From positions 1-49,691 of the forward strand of contig JAGCTF010000113.1 in the NCBI GenBank assembly GCA_017963755.1: 49,691 nt of DNA, read 5' to 3'. Below, in pieces: positions 9,262-17,281 of this stretch (within the stretch, counting starts at the first letter, position 1; every line of letters begins with the position of its first letter). This DNA is from Clostridia bacterium. GTDB lineage: Bacteria; Bacillota; Clostridia; UBA1212; UBA1255. The notes beneath the pieces are model-generated. The model was not told the DNA's origin and made no database searches. It worked only from the letters and a program-made list of their open reading frames with translations. Made by a program: the position numbers and the translations under genes.

Positions 9262-9290
9262 ATTTTAGCATATGGGCTAGTAACTATCAA
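9262..9290 (-). promoter_or_regulatory. Candidate sigma-A promoter with extended -10 for the 7615..9171 gene
   Basis: The minus strand reads TTGATA - 17 nt - TAAAAT, preceded by TGc (ttgatagttactagcccatatgctaaaat). This predicts a leader of about 85 nt. Confidence 0.55.
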
Positions 9291-9566
9291 GAACGAACCG
9301 GATGATGACACGAATTTCGGGTCTTATGCGATTCCCGGGATCGGTTCGCGCGATGTTAATGCGGCAGTATCATTGGCGCGGGTGCCGCTTCGCAGCGGAA
9401 AATGGGTGCAGAACACCGCCTGAATCCCTGTTCTTAAAAATTCTTTAAAACCGCCCTCATTTAAGAACCTGAAACAGTTCGACAATTAAAGCAGGACAAG
9501 AAAGCCGGTTATGTATCAACAGCAAGTCATTACGAAATTGGGACTAGAGCCTGTTTAAATAATAAA

Positions 9567-9595
9567 GTGACAAACCCGCCCGGATATGTTAAAAT
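9567..9595 (+). promoter_or_regulatory. Candidate sigma-A promoter for the Lrp-aminotransferase operon
   Basis: GTGACA - 17 nt - TAAAAT with a TGt extended -10 (gtgacaaacccgcccggatatgttaaaat). A GC-rich leader of about 80 nt follows. Confidence 0.45.
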
Positions 9596-9682
9596 TAGAA
9601 TAGAATACCGGACAGCAAACCGGCGCGGGCGCAAGACGTCCCGGACCCGTCCGGACAAAAAATCTTTCAGGAGTTAATGACG

Positions 9683-10165
9683 ATGGACAACGAAATTCTC
9701 GAACTTTTGGATAAAGACAGCGAACTCAGCGCAAAAGACATTGCCGTCATGCTCGGCATAACGGAAGCGGAAGTAGAGCAGAAGCTCGAGCACTTCAAAG
9801 CTGAAGGCATAATTGTCGGAAAAAAAGTGATGATAAACTGGCGCAAGACGTCCAAAGAACTTGTCACCGCACTCATAGAACTGAAAGTCACGCCGCAGTT
9901 CGGGCGCGGATTCGACCAGATCGCCGAACGCTTCTATCAGTACGACCAGGTAAAAAGCGTATACCTGATGTCCGGAACGTACGACCTTGCCCTCCAGATC
10001 GAAGGCAAAAACCTGAACGAAGTCGCATTGTTCGTGGCCGAAAAACTTGCCCCGATGGAAGCGGTCGTAAGTACAGCCACACACTTCGTGCTCAAAAAAT
10101 ACAAAGAAGACGGTATAATGTTTGAAAACAAACAGACCGATGACAGACAGGTGATGCTGTTTTGA
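9683..10165 (+). CDS. Lrp/AsnC-family transcriptional regulator
   Basis: ILELLDKDSELSAKDIAVMLGITEAEVEQKLEHFKAEGII is an AsnC-type HTH, followed by a RAM/ACT-like domain (VTALIELKV...VKSVYLMSGTYDLALQIEG). AGGAG lies 9 nt before the ATG at 9683. The ORF-track start at 9677 is only 3 nt from the RBS. Confidence 0.85.
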   Translation: MDNEILELLDKDSELSAKDIAVMLGITEAEVEQKLEHFKAEGIIVGKKVMINWRKTSKELVTALIELKVTPQFGRGFDQIAERFYQYDQVKSVYLMSGTYDLALQIEGKNLNEVALFVAEKLAPMEAVVSTATHFVLKKYKEDGIMFENKQTDDRQVMLF

Positions 10166-11334
10166 CAGAATTCAGACCGGAAACACGATTAAACGACGTC
10201 CTCACCTCCCTGCCGCCTTCAGGCATACGGAGGCTGTTCGATATTGCCTCAACGATGGAAGGCGTCATTTCGCTCGGAATAGGCGAACCTGACTTTATTA
10301 CGCCGTGGCACATAAGGAACGCCGGGATTCGCTCGCTCGAAAAAGGCCGTACCCAGTATACGGCGAACTCCGGGCTTAAGGAACTGCGCCGCGAGGCGGC
10401 CGTATATATGAAACGGCGCTTCGGACTCGATTATACCGAAAAGAACGTACTTATCACCGTCGGAGGATCGGAAGCGATCGACCTTTCGATGCGCGCGTTT
10501 ATAAAGCCGGGGGACGAGGTAATTGTCCCCCAGCCCAGCTTCGTATGCTACGGACCGTTAGCTCGCCTGTGCGGCGCGACGCCCGTTTACATCGACCTGA
10601 AAGAAGAAGACGGATTTAAATTAACTGCGAAAGCCCTGAAGGCCGCGATCACCGAAAAAACCAAACTGCTCGTGCTGCCGTTCCCGAACAACCCGACCGG
10701 CTCCATACTTACGCGCAAAGAGCTCGAAGAGATCGCAGACGTACTGAAAGGCACGGACGTCGTCGTTATTTCAGACTAAAAATACGCAGAACTGACGTAC
10801 ACCGAAGAAAGGCACACGTCGATCGCGGCGATCCCGGGCATGAAAGAACGCACGGTGATCGTCAGCGGCTTTTCCAAAGCGTACGCAATGACCGGGTGGC
10901 GCCTCGGATACGCCATGGCTCCGGAGCCCGTATGCGCCGCGCTTACGAAGCTTCACCAGTACGCGATAATGTGCGCCCCCACCGCGAGCCAGTACGCCGC
11001 GATCGAAGCGCTCTCACAGGGAGACGGCGACATAGAGGAAATGCGCCGCGAATACAATTACAGGCGGAGGCTCATAGTAAAAGGCTTCAACGACCTCGGA
11101 CTCAGATGCACCGAACCCGAAGGCGCTTTTTACTGCTTCCCTAACATCTCTTCGACCGGCCTTTCGTCTGACGAATTCTGCGAAAAGCTGCTCTCGACGG
11201 AGAAGATCGCGCTCGTCCCGGGCAATGCTTTCGGCGCCTCCGGGGAGGGTTTCGTTCGCGCTTCTTACGCGTATTCCGCAGATCACATAAAAAAGGCGCT
11301 GGATGGCGTCAAACGCTTCTTAGACCGGTTATAA
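10162..11334 (+). pseudogene. Class I/II pyridoxal-phosphate aminotransferase interrupted by an in-frame TAA at 10777-10779
   Basis: ORFs 10162..10779 and 10840..11334 are in the same frame. Translation across the junction reads VVVISD*KYAELTYTEERHTSIAAIPGMKERTVIVSGFSKAYAMTGWRLGY. The family consensus at that position is ISDEIYAEL. The PLP lysine motif SGFSKAY lies in the downstream part. The TTG start overlaps the Lrp stop. Confidence 0.75.
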
Positions 11335-11492
11335 GGAACGGGATGCGAAGCAGAACTTCAGCCGGATCCCGGCCCGATTTTAACCGGAAAAAGCATGATC
11401 TTAAACGGATCGCAGCCGGATCCTGACCAAGTTAAAGCAGGATCTTTACGGATCTAAAAAAATAAACAAAAGAACATCAGGAGTGAGCGTTT

Positions 11493-14012
11493 ATGAAATG
11501 GATATGGCTCGTAAACAGCGACGAAAACACGCCCAACACGTACGGAGATTTCACCGACAGCTTCACCGTAAGATTTGAATGCGCATCCCCCGGGACCGCA
11601 CCTTTGGACGCACGCCGGGACGCCGGCAAAAAAAACGCAGGCGATGCGGACAATGACGTTGCCGCCTTCTTCCCCGGCGACCGGATGATGATACGCATCA
11701 GCGCAGACTCGCAGTACGCACTCTGGGTCAACAGCGTTTTCGTTTCCACCGGCCAGTTCGCCGACTTCCCCGACGCGAAAGTATACGACGAAATAAACAT
11801 TTCCGACTACCTTCGCGAAGGCGAAAACACGCTCAGATTTCTCATCTACTACCAGGGCACTTCCTCGTCAACGTACCTCCACGGCGAACCAGGCTTCTGC
11901 TACGTAGTTTATAACGGCGCAAAGGTCCTCGCGGAAAGCTCCGCCGCCACCCTCGGCAGACTTAACCCCGCTTACCGCTCCGGAAATATGGAAATGGTCA
12001 CCGGCCAGCTCGGCTACTCGTTCGAATACAACGCACAGGCGCTCCAGGTGCTCCGGCCGTACTTCCCCGCCGTCGAATCCAGAATGGCCCTGTATTTCGC
12101 AGAATACCCCCTAAAACCGCGCGAACGCACGAGGGTGCCTCTCTATCCGCGCCCGATACAAAAATTGATCGTAGGGCCTCCTGCGCGCGCTAAAATCGTT
12201 ACTCAGGGGCTGTTCCGTATAATGAGCGACGAAAACGACGCTCTCACAGCGCAGAAGATCCAGCACGCCTCTCTCAGCCAGAGGTACACACACGAAATAA
12301 CCGACAGCGGATACACCGCCGATCTGACGTTCGGAGGAGTTCAGACGGACGCGGAAACGACGCCTTTCCATTTCAGATATCCGGCCACGAAACCTTACCA
12401 CGGGATATACGCACTCGTTGACCTCGGCCGCGAAAGCGCAGGATATTTCCATATCGACATTGACGCACCGGCCGGCACTAAAGTTTACATAGGTTACGGA
12501 GAACATCTGATCGACCTGCGCGTAAGATCATTCGTTGGCGGCAGATGCTTCTCGGGCCTTTACACGTGCAGCGGCGGAAGACAGCAGTTTACGCATTATT
12601 CGAAGCGGATGGGGCTGCGTTACGTGCAGATATTCGTCACTTCTTTCGATTTCAAGCTCTACTATGCCGGAATACTCAATACCGACTACCCGCTCACTGA
12701 CGTATGCCGCTTCAGCTCGTCCGACTCGCTCCATAATAAGATATATCAGGTAAGCCTAGATACGCTAAGGCTCTGCATGCACGAACATTACGAAGATTGT
12801 CCGTGGCGCGAGCAGGCGCTCTATTCGATGGATTCGAGGAACCAGATGCTGGCGGGCTACTATTCTTTCGGCGAGTACGATTTCCCGAAAGCGAGCCTCA
12901 GACTGCTTTCACATTCTCTCAGGCCCGACGGGCAGCTTGAGCTTTGCGCTCCTGCAAAAGTATCCGTCTGGATCCCGTGCTTCTCTCTTATGTGGATCGT
13001 CGAACTTTACGAATACGTACTGTATTCCGGAGATTACCTGTTCGCCGCCGAAGTTTTCCCGACAGTTGAGAAGATAATTCACACGTTCTGGCTGCATTCG
13101 CGCGGCACCGACAGGCTCGGGCCGTTTACCACTCCGGGCGCGTGGAATTTCTACGAATGGTCCGATCTGATGGACAATTCCGCGATGCCCGGTATCAGGA
13201 AGTCAGGCGAGGACAATTCCGACGCTCCCCTCACCCTGTTCTACGCTCTGGCGCTCGACGCGGCGGCAAAACTTTCGGCGTGGCTCATCAGACATCACGA
13301 GCAGGATGACGAGCACGATTACAGGCGTCAATTCTCATGGTACGAGATGCTCCACAAATCTGTCGTCTCAGCGTTCCACGATACATTCTGGAACAGCGAG
13401 CGCGACGCTTACGCCACGTATATCGTCAACGGCAGCAAAGTACATTACAGCGAACTTACGCACGCCCTTGCCCTTTACGCCGGAGCTGTTCCGGCCGCAT
13501 ACGTTGACCGAGTCGCCGAAATATTGACAGGCAAACGCGGCCCGATACTTTTAGAATACGATAAAGAGGCAGATTCGATCGTCCCTGGCAGCCCAAAAAG
13601 GTTCGTGCCCGTCACGCTCAGCCATTCGATTTTCAAATATGAGGCGCTTCTGGGACTCGGAAGCAGATACGCAACGTACGTTTTCGATGAAGTTGCCGAA
13701 AAATGGGGCTATATGCTTTATAACGGGGCAACGTCTTTCTGGGAGCACATCGACGGTGCCTGGGCTTTCGGCGATGCGGGCAGCCTGTGTCACGGCTGGT
13801 CGGCGATCCCCGTCATTCTTTACGGCAAATACGTGCTCGGAATTACCCCCGTAAGGCCCGGTTTCGCGGATTTCGATTTCAAGCCGCTGGAAACGCCGCT
13901 GATAAGGGCAAAAGGCCAGATGCCTCTGCCCGGCGGCGAGGCCGTCTCGGTCAATATCGGTCCCGGCGTGAACAGCAAGTCGACGGTGCATAAGAGGAGA
14001 ACAGGCAACTAG
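11493..14012 (+). CDS. GH78-related alpha-L-rhamnosidase-like glycoside hydrolase (six-hairpin domain), cytoplasmic
   Basis: 839 aa. The N-terminal beta-sandwich is RISADSQYALWVNSVFVSTGQF...GENTLRFLIYYQG. A six-hairpin catalytic-type segment reads HEHYEDCPWREQALYSMDSRNQ. AGGAG lies 9 nt upstream. There is no signal peptide. Confidence 0.82.
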   Translation: MKWIWLVNSDENTPNTYGDFTDSFTVRFECASPGTAPLDARRDAGKKNAGDADNDVAAFFPGDRMMIRISADSQYALWVNSVFVSTGQFADFPDAKVYDEINISDYLREGENTLRFLIYYQGTSSSTYLHGEPGFCYVVYNGAKVLAESSAATLGRLNPAYRSGNMEMVTGQLGYSFEYNAQALQVLRPYFPAVESRMALYFAEYPLKPRERTRVPLYPRPIQKLIVGPPARAKIVTQGLFRIMSDENDALTAQKIQHASLSQRYTHEITDSGYTADLTFGGVQTDAETTPFHFRYPATKPYHGIYALVDLGRESAGYFHIDIDAPAGTKVYIGYGEHLIDLRVRSFVGGRCFSGLYTCSGGRQQFTHYSKRMGLRYVQIFVTSFDFKLYYAGILNTDYPLTDVCRFSSSDSLHNKIYQVSLDTLRLCMHEHYEDCPWREQALYSMDSRNQMLAGYYSFGEYDFPKASLRLLSHSLRPDGQLELCAPAKVSVWIPCFSLMWIVELYEYVLYSGDYLFAAEVFPTVEKIIHTFWLHSRGTDRLGPFTTPGAWNFYEWSDLMDNSAMPGIRKSGEDNSDAPLTLFYALALDAAAKLSAWLIRHHEQDDEHDYRRQFSWYEMLHKSVVSAFHDTFWNSERDAYATYIVNGSKVHYSELTHALALYAGAVPAAYVDRVAEILTGKRGPILLEYDKEADSIVPGSPKRFVPVTLSHSIFKYEALLGLGSRYATYVFDEVAEKWGYMLYNGATSFWEHIDGAWAFGDAGSLCHGWSAIPVILYGKYVLGITPVRPGFADFDFKPLETPLIRAKGQMPLPGGEAVSVNIGPGVNSKSTVHKRRTGN

Positions 14013-14138
14013 TAACTGGCAGCTGGCAAATGGCAAATGGCAAGTGGCAAGTGGCAAGTTGAAAGTGGCAAGTGATAAGTTGCAAGTTGCAAAACTCTTA
14101 ACTCTGAACTCTGAACCCTTAACTCTGAACTCAATATC
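14013..14138. repeat. Array of 18 consecutive heptamers in one register: 11 CAAGTGG-type units, then 6 CTGAACT-type units
   Basis: Reading from the base after the TAG stop: taactgg cagctgg caaatgg caaatgg caagtgg caagtgg caagttg aaagtgg caagtga taagttg caagttg caaaact cttaact ctgaact ctgaacc cttaact ctgaact caatatc. Confidence 0.9.
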
Positions 14139-14165
14139 GTGCAATCATTCGGTTCGCGCTCGATG

Positions 14166-14207
14166 CTAGTTACTAACTGCTCGTTGCTAGTTACTAACTG
14201 CCAGTTG
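14166..14207. repeat. 21-bp tandem duplication containing the metK stop codon
   Basis: ctagttactaactgctcgttg (14166-14186) and ctagttactaactgccagttg (14187-14207) match at 19 of 21 positions. On the minus strand they encode QLAVSN* (the real metK end) followed by QRAVSN*. Confidence 0.9.
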
Positions 14208-15356
14208 TCTGACCTCTTCCCACTTCAGGCCGCAGTTTTCCTTGCCGAAGTGGCCGTAGTTTGACGTCAGCGCGTAAATAGGCTTGCGAAGATCGAGATA
14301 ATCTATGATCGCGCCGGGACGAAGATCGAAAGTATCAAGTATCGCGCGCTCGATCGAATCCACACTTACCTTTTCAGTACCGAACGTATCGATCCTGACA
14401 GAAACGGGATGCGCGACGCCGATCGCGTACGCTATCTGCACTTCCACCCTGTCAACAAGGCCGCTGCCCCCGACACTCTTGGCAATATGCCTCGCCATAT
14501 AGCAGGCCGAACGGTCAACTTTCGTATGATCCTTACCGGAGAAACTCCCGCCGCCGTGCCTGCCCATACCGCCGTACGTATCAACGATAAGTTTCCGCCC
14601 GGTAAGGCCGGAATCGCCGCACGGACCGCCGATAACGAAGCGCCCGGTAGGATTAATAAAGAATTTTGTATTGTCATCGATCAGTTCAGACGGTATCGCG
14701 TCGCGGATCACGTACTTCTCGATATCGGAACGTAATTGACCGACGTCGACCTCCTCGCTGTGCTGGCTCGAAACGACCACCGCATCGATGCGAAGAGGCT
14801 TGTTTGCCCCGTCGTACTCGACGGAAACCTGCGCCTTACCGTCAGGTCTGAGATACGGAAGTATCCCCTGCTTGCGGACTTCGGTAAGCCTGCGCGTAAG
14901 CTTGTGCGCAAGGCTGATCGGTAGCGGCATCAGCTCCGGAGTTTCATTGCACGCGTAGCCGAACATCATACCCTGGTCGCCTGCGCCGAGCTGGAGGCTC
15001 GCTTCGGTATGGTCGCGGGTCTCGAGGGCAACGTCTACGCCCATAGCTATGTCGGGCGACTGCCTGTTGAGGCAGTTGATCACGGCGCACGTATCGGCGT
15101 CGAAGCCCATTTCGGAACTCGTATATCCTATATCACGCACAGTGTCGCGGACAATTTTTGTATAATCTACCACCGCTTTGGTGGTTATCTCGCCGAATAT
15201 CATTATCTGGCCGGTCGCGGCGGTAACTTCGCACGCCACGCGGGATCCGGGATCCTGCTCGATCAGCGCGTCAAGTATCCTGTCGGCGATCGCGTCGCAT
15301 ATTTTATCGGGATGGCCTTCTGTCACAGATTCAGACGTAAAAATATTTCTTTTCAT
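14187..15356 (-). CDS. metK: S-adenosylmethionine synthase
   Basis: Canonical MetK motifs: [49 protein letters not shown] and [16 protein letters not shown]. Confidence 0.97.
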   Translation of the reverse strand: MKRNIFTSESVTEGHPDKICDAIADRILDALIEQDPGSRVACEVTAATGQIMIFGEITTKAVVDYTKIVRDTVRDIGYTSSEMGFDADTCAVINCLNRQSPDIAMGVDVALETRDHTEASLQLGAGDQGMMFGYACNETPELMPLPISLAHKLTRRLTEVRKQGILPYLRPDGKAQVSVEYDGANKPLRIDAVVVSSQHSEEVDVGQLRSDIEKYVIRDAIPSELIDDNTKFFINPTGRFVIGGPCGDSGLTGRKLIVDTYGGMGRHGGGSFSGKDHTKVDRSACYMARHIAKSVGGSGLVDRVEVQIAYAIGVAHPVSVRIDTFGTEKVSVDSIERAILDTFDLRPGAIIDYLDLRKPIYALTSNYGHFGKENCGLKWEEVRQLAVSN

Positions 15357-15485
15357 GATTCAAATTAGTCCTTCGTAAAAATTACTCTTCCCGGCGTCTC
15401 CACCCTCAGAATGTCTATGATCGTGCGCGTTGACGTATAAACTTCGCACCACGCCGTTTTCCAATCTTATATTCTGCCACAAATC

Positions 15486-16331
15486 TTACGAATTGGCAAG
15501 CTTTGTGACGATCTCTCTGACCTGTGCCCCGTCGATGCCGCCGCGCAGGTATTCTGAGTAATGCATTCTGAGCAGTATCCTGTCTTCTTCAGACAGCTTA
15601 TCGACAGTTGAATAGCCCTGATAGAATATACTGTTTTCGTATCTGTACGAGTCATTCATAAGACCCGTTGCCTGCGCAGTTTCCTCGACCAGCGTATGTT
15701 TTACGTCAGCTTCGGACGAATCCTCCTCGCGCACGATGTAGATATTGCCCTTAAAGATCTCTCCGCTGCTGTTATACCACGATATGCGCGCAAATCCGTA
15801 CGCCTGATCCTTTCCGGCTCCGATCTCATCCCTCAGTTCTTCCGCGCTGACAAATTTGAGCGTGAGCGAGGCGTTTTCTGCATCGTCCGTAAATACGATT
15901 CCGGGAAATCCTTCGATCGCGTTCAGGCGGTCAATATATTTTGTGTAAAAATCCTTGTATTTTCCGTATTCAGTCGATGCGGCAACGTAAAGTTTAATCG
16001 TTTCCTTCCATTTATGCACTTTCCCGTCGGCATCGCCGTATTCGGAGCCGAGAGCAACGTCTTCATAGTAATCAAGCAGTTTTTCCGCCTGCTTCCAGAA
16101 CTGTTTTTCCGCTTCCGTCAGCTCCGGAAACGGGCTGAGTTCAGGTGCTTCGGAAGGCGTTGCGAGTTCGCTTCCCGTCGCGCCGCCTGCATTCTCTGCC
16201 GTAGCTGCCGGGCGCAAAATATCTTCAATGATCCCGCACCCGGACGCCTGCAGAAGCACCAGAACAGACAGAAAAACGGCGCAAAGCCGCATAATGATGC
16301 ATTTTCGCGCCGATTTAAAATTATTCATCAT
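15486..16331 (-). CDS. Putative lipoprotein of unknown function
   Basis: Signal peptide with lipobox (LLQASGC). The ATG overlaps the upstream amidase stop as ATGA. An HTLVEETAQATGL segment hints at a metallopeptidase-like site, but I cannot assign a family. Confidence 0.72.
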   Translation of the reverse strand: MMNNFKSARKCIIMRLCAVFLSVLVLLQASGCGIIEDILRPAATAENAGGATGSELATPSEAPELSPFPELTEAEKQFWKQAEKLLDYYEDVALGSEYGDADGKVHKWKETIKLYVAASTEYGKYKDFYTKYIDRLNAIEGFPGIVFTDDAENASLTLKFVSAEELRDEIGAGKDQAYGFARISWYNSSGEIFKGNIYIVREEDSSEADVKHTLVEETAQATGLMNDSYRYENSIFYQGYSTVDKLSEEDRILLRMHYSEYLRGGIDGAQVREIVTKLANS

Positions 16332-17263
16332 TTAAAATCCTCGACCGTGAACTTAACGATGGCATTGACAAGTTTATCCTGATATTCTGGCGTGCTCAGG
16401 TTCACGTCCTCTTCAGGGTTGCTCATAAAGCCGCATTCGATGATGAACGTGGTGTGGTCGCGCCAGTTTATACCTGTATACGAATCGCTCTTATTGACGC
16501 TGCGTTTTTTCGCGCCGGTACCGGCAGCCAGTTTGTCGAGCAGTTTCTGCCCCAGCTCAGCCTCGTTCTTGGAACGCGCAGCGTACTCGGAAGTATTGTC
16601 GCCCTCGCCCCTTACGTAAAGTTCGATCCCGGAAACAGATTGATTGTCCGAACCGTTGCAGTGGATATTGAACGTCAGCACGCAGTTCTTTTCATTTGCC
16701 ATAAGCGCCCGGTCCCGGTTCGAAAGCCGGGAGGAATTGTCCGTGCGGCTCATAACGACCGTCGCGCCTTTTGCCTCAAGCGCGTCGCGGAGTTTCAAAG
16801 CGATCTCAAGATTCACCTGATATTCCGGCTTTTTCGTGCTTACACCCGAAGTGCCCGAAGTAGCCTTCGCTTTCATAACGGTATTATTGACCTTGGAATT
16901 AGCGTCTGGTCCCCACGGAGCACAGGCTTCTTTTTCACAGATACCGGTATCCTGGTGGCCGGCGTCAACGCATATGACGAGTCCAGCGAGCGGTTGTGTC
17001 GGGTCGACAACGGGGGTCGGACCGGCGTGGCCGTCCGTTTGCGTATCACCTCCCGGAACGGGAGTAACCGAAGGCCCGCCGGTGCGGTCAACGGCCGGAT
17101 CGCCGCTTTCTTTAATATCCACGGAGATAGGCGTGATGACAACGTCTTCCGAGCCGGGCTTCACGGTCAGCGAGGGAGCGGCGGGGCCTCCGCCGCATCC
17201 GCTCATTACCGCGGCGCACAATCCAAGTAATATCAGCAATACTAAACCGCGCCTGATCTTCAT
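16328..17263 (-). CDS. N-acetylmuramoyl-L-alanine amidase (Amidase_3 type), lipoprotein
   Basis: Lipobox VMSGCGG, a proline/threonine-rich linker, then VICVDAGHQ...NLEIALKLRDALEAKGATVVMSRTDN...NIHCNG...ECGFMSNPEED, typical of the zinc amidase family. Confidence 0.85.
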   Translation of the reverse strand: MKIRRGLVLLILLGLCAAVMSGCGGGPAAPSLTVKPGSEDVVITPISVDIKESGDPAVDRTGGPSVTPVPGGDTQTDGHAGPTPVVDPTQPLAGLVICVDAGHQDTGICEKEACAPWGPDANSKVNNTVMKAKATSGTSGVSTKKPEYQVNLEIALKLRDALEAKGATVVMSRTDNSSRLSNRDRALMANEKNCVLTFNIHCNGSDNQSVSGIELYVRGEGDNTSEYAARSKNEAELGQKLLDKLAAGTGAKKRSVNKSDSYTGINWRDHTTFIIECGFMSNPEEDVNLSTPEYQDKLVNAIVKFTVEDFK

Positions 17264-17281
17264 TAAAAATACCTCGCTACT

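Noticed and set aside
9232-9423. 63-aa plus-strand ORF in the 500-bp spacer upstream of the Lrp gene.
   Set aside because: It has no RBS and overlaps the predicted promoter and leader of the divergent 7615..9171 gene. Its composition is not protein-like. I also saw no riboswitch consensus in this spacer, though a covariance-model scan would be the proper test.
10777-10779. The in-frame TAA as evidence of stop-codon reassignment.
   Set aside because: TAA, TAG and TGA all terminate well-conserved genes in this window at the expected protein ends. Examples are TAA for topA, rhaB and dprA, TAG for metK, and TGA for glgP and trmFO.
14027-14096. TGGCA…TTGCA words in the heptamer array as sigma-54 (-24/-12) promoters.
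   Set aside because: The 7-bp register puts GG and GC 14 nt apart rather than the required 12. In addition, no gene lies downstream in either direction, because the flanking genes converge.
14013-14138. The heptamer array here, and the 10-mer array at 26221-26310, as CRISPR arrays.
   Set aside because: The units are 7-10 bp and directly abut with no spacers. No cas genes or leader are present.
13551-14144. 197-aa minus-strand ORF running through the heptamer array (…FRVKGSEFRVKSFATCNLSLATFNLPLATCHLPF…).
   Set aside because: Its N-terminal part is simply the translated heptamer repeat and the rest is antisense to the GH78-like gene. It has no RBS.
15357-15485. A SAM riboswitch (S-box or SMK box) in the metK leader.
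   Set aside because: The 129-nt spacer lacks the conserved S-box elements and is too short for SAM-I. It also does not match my recollection of the SMK or SAM-VI consensus. Only a small GTGCG/CGCAC hairpin and a weak TTGGAA-17-TTTATA promoter are visible. A covariance-model scan would settle the question.
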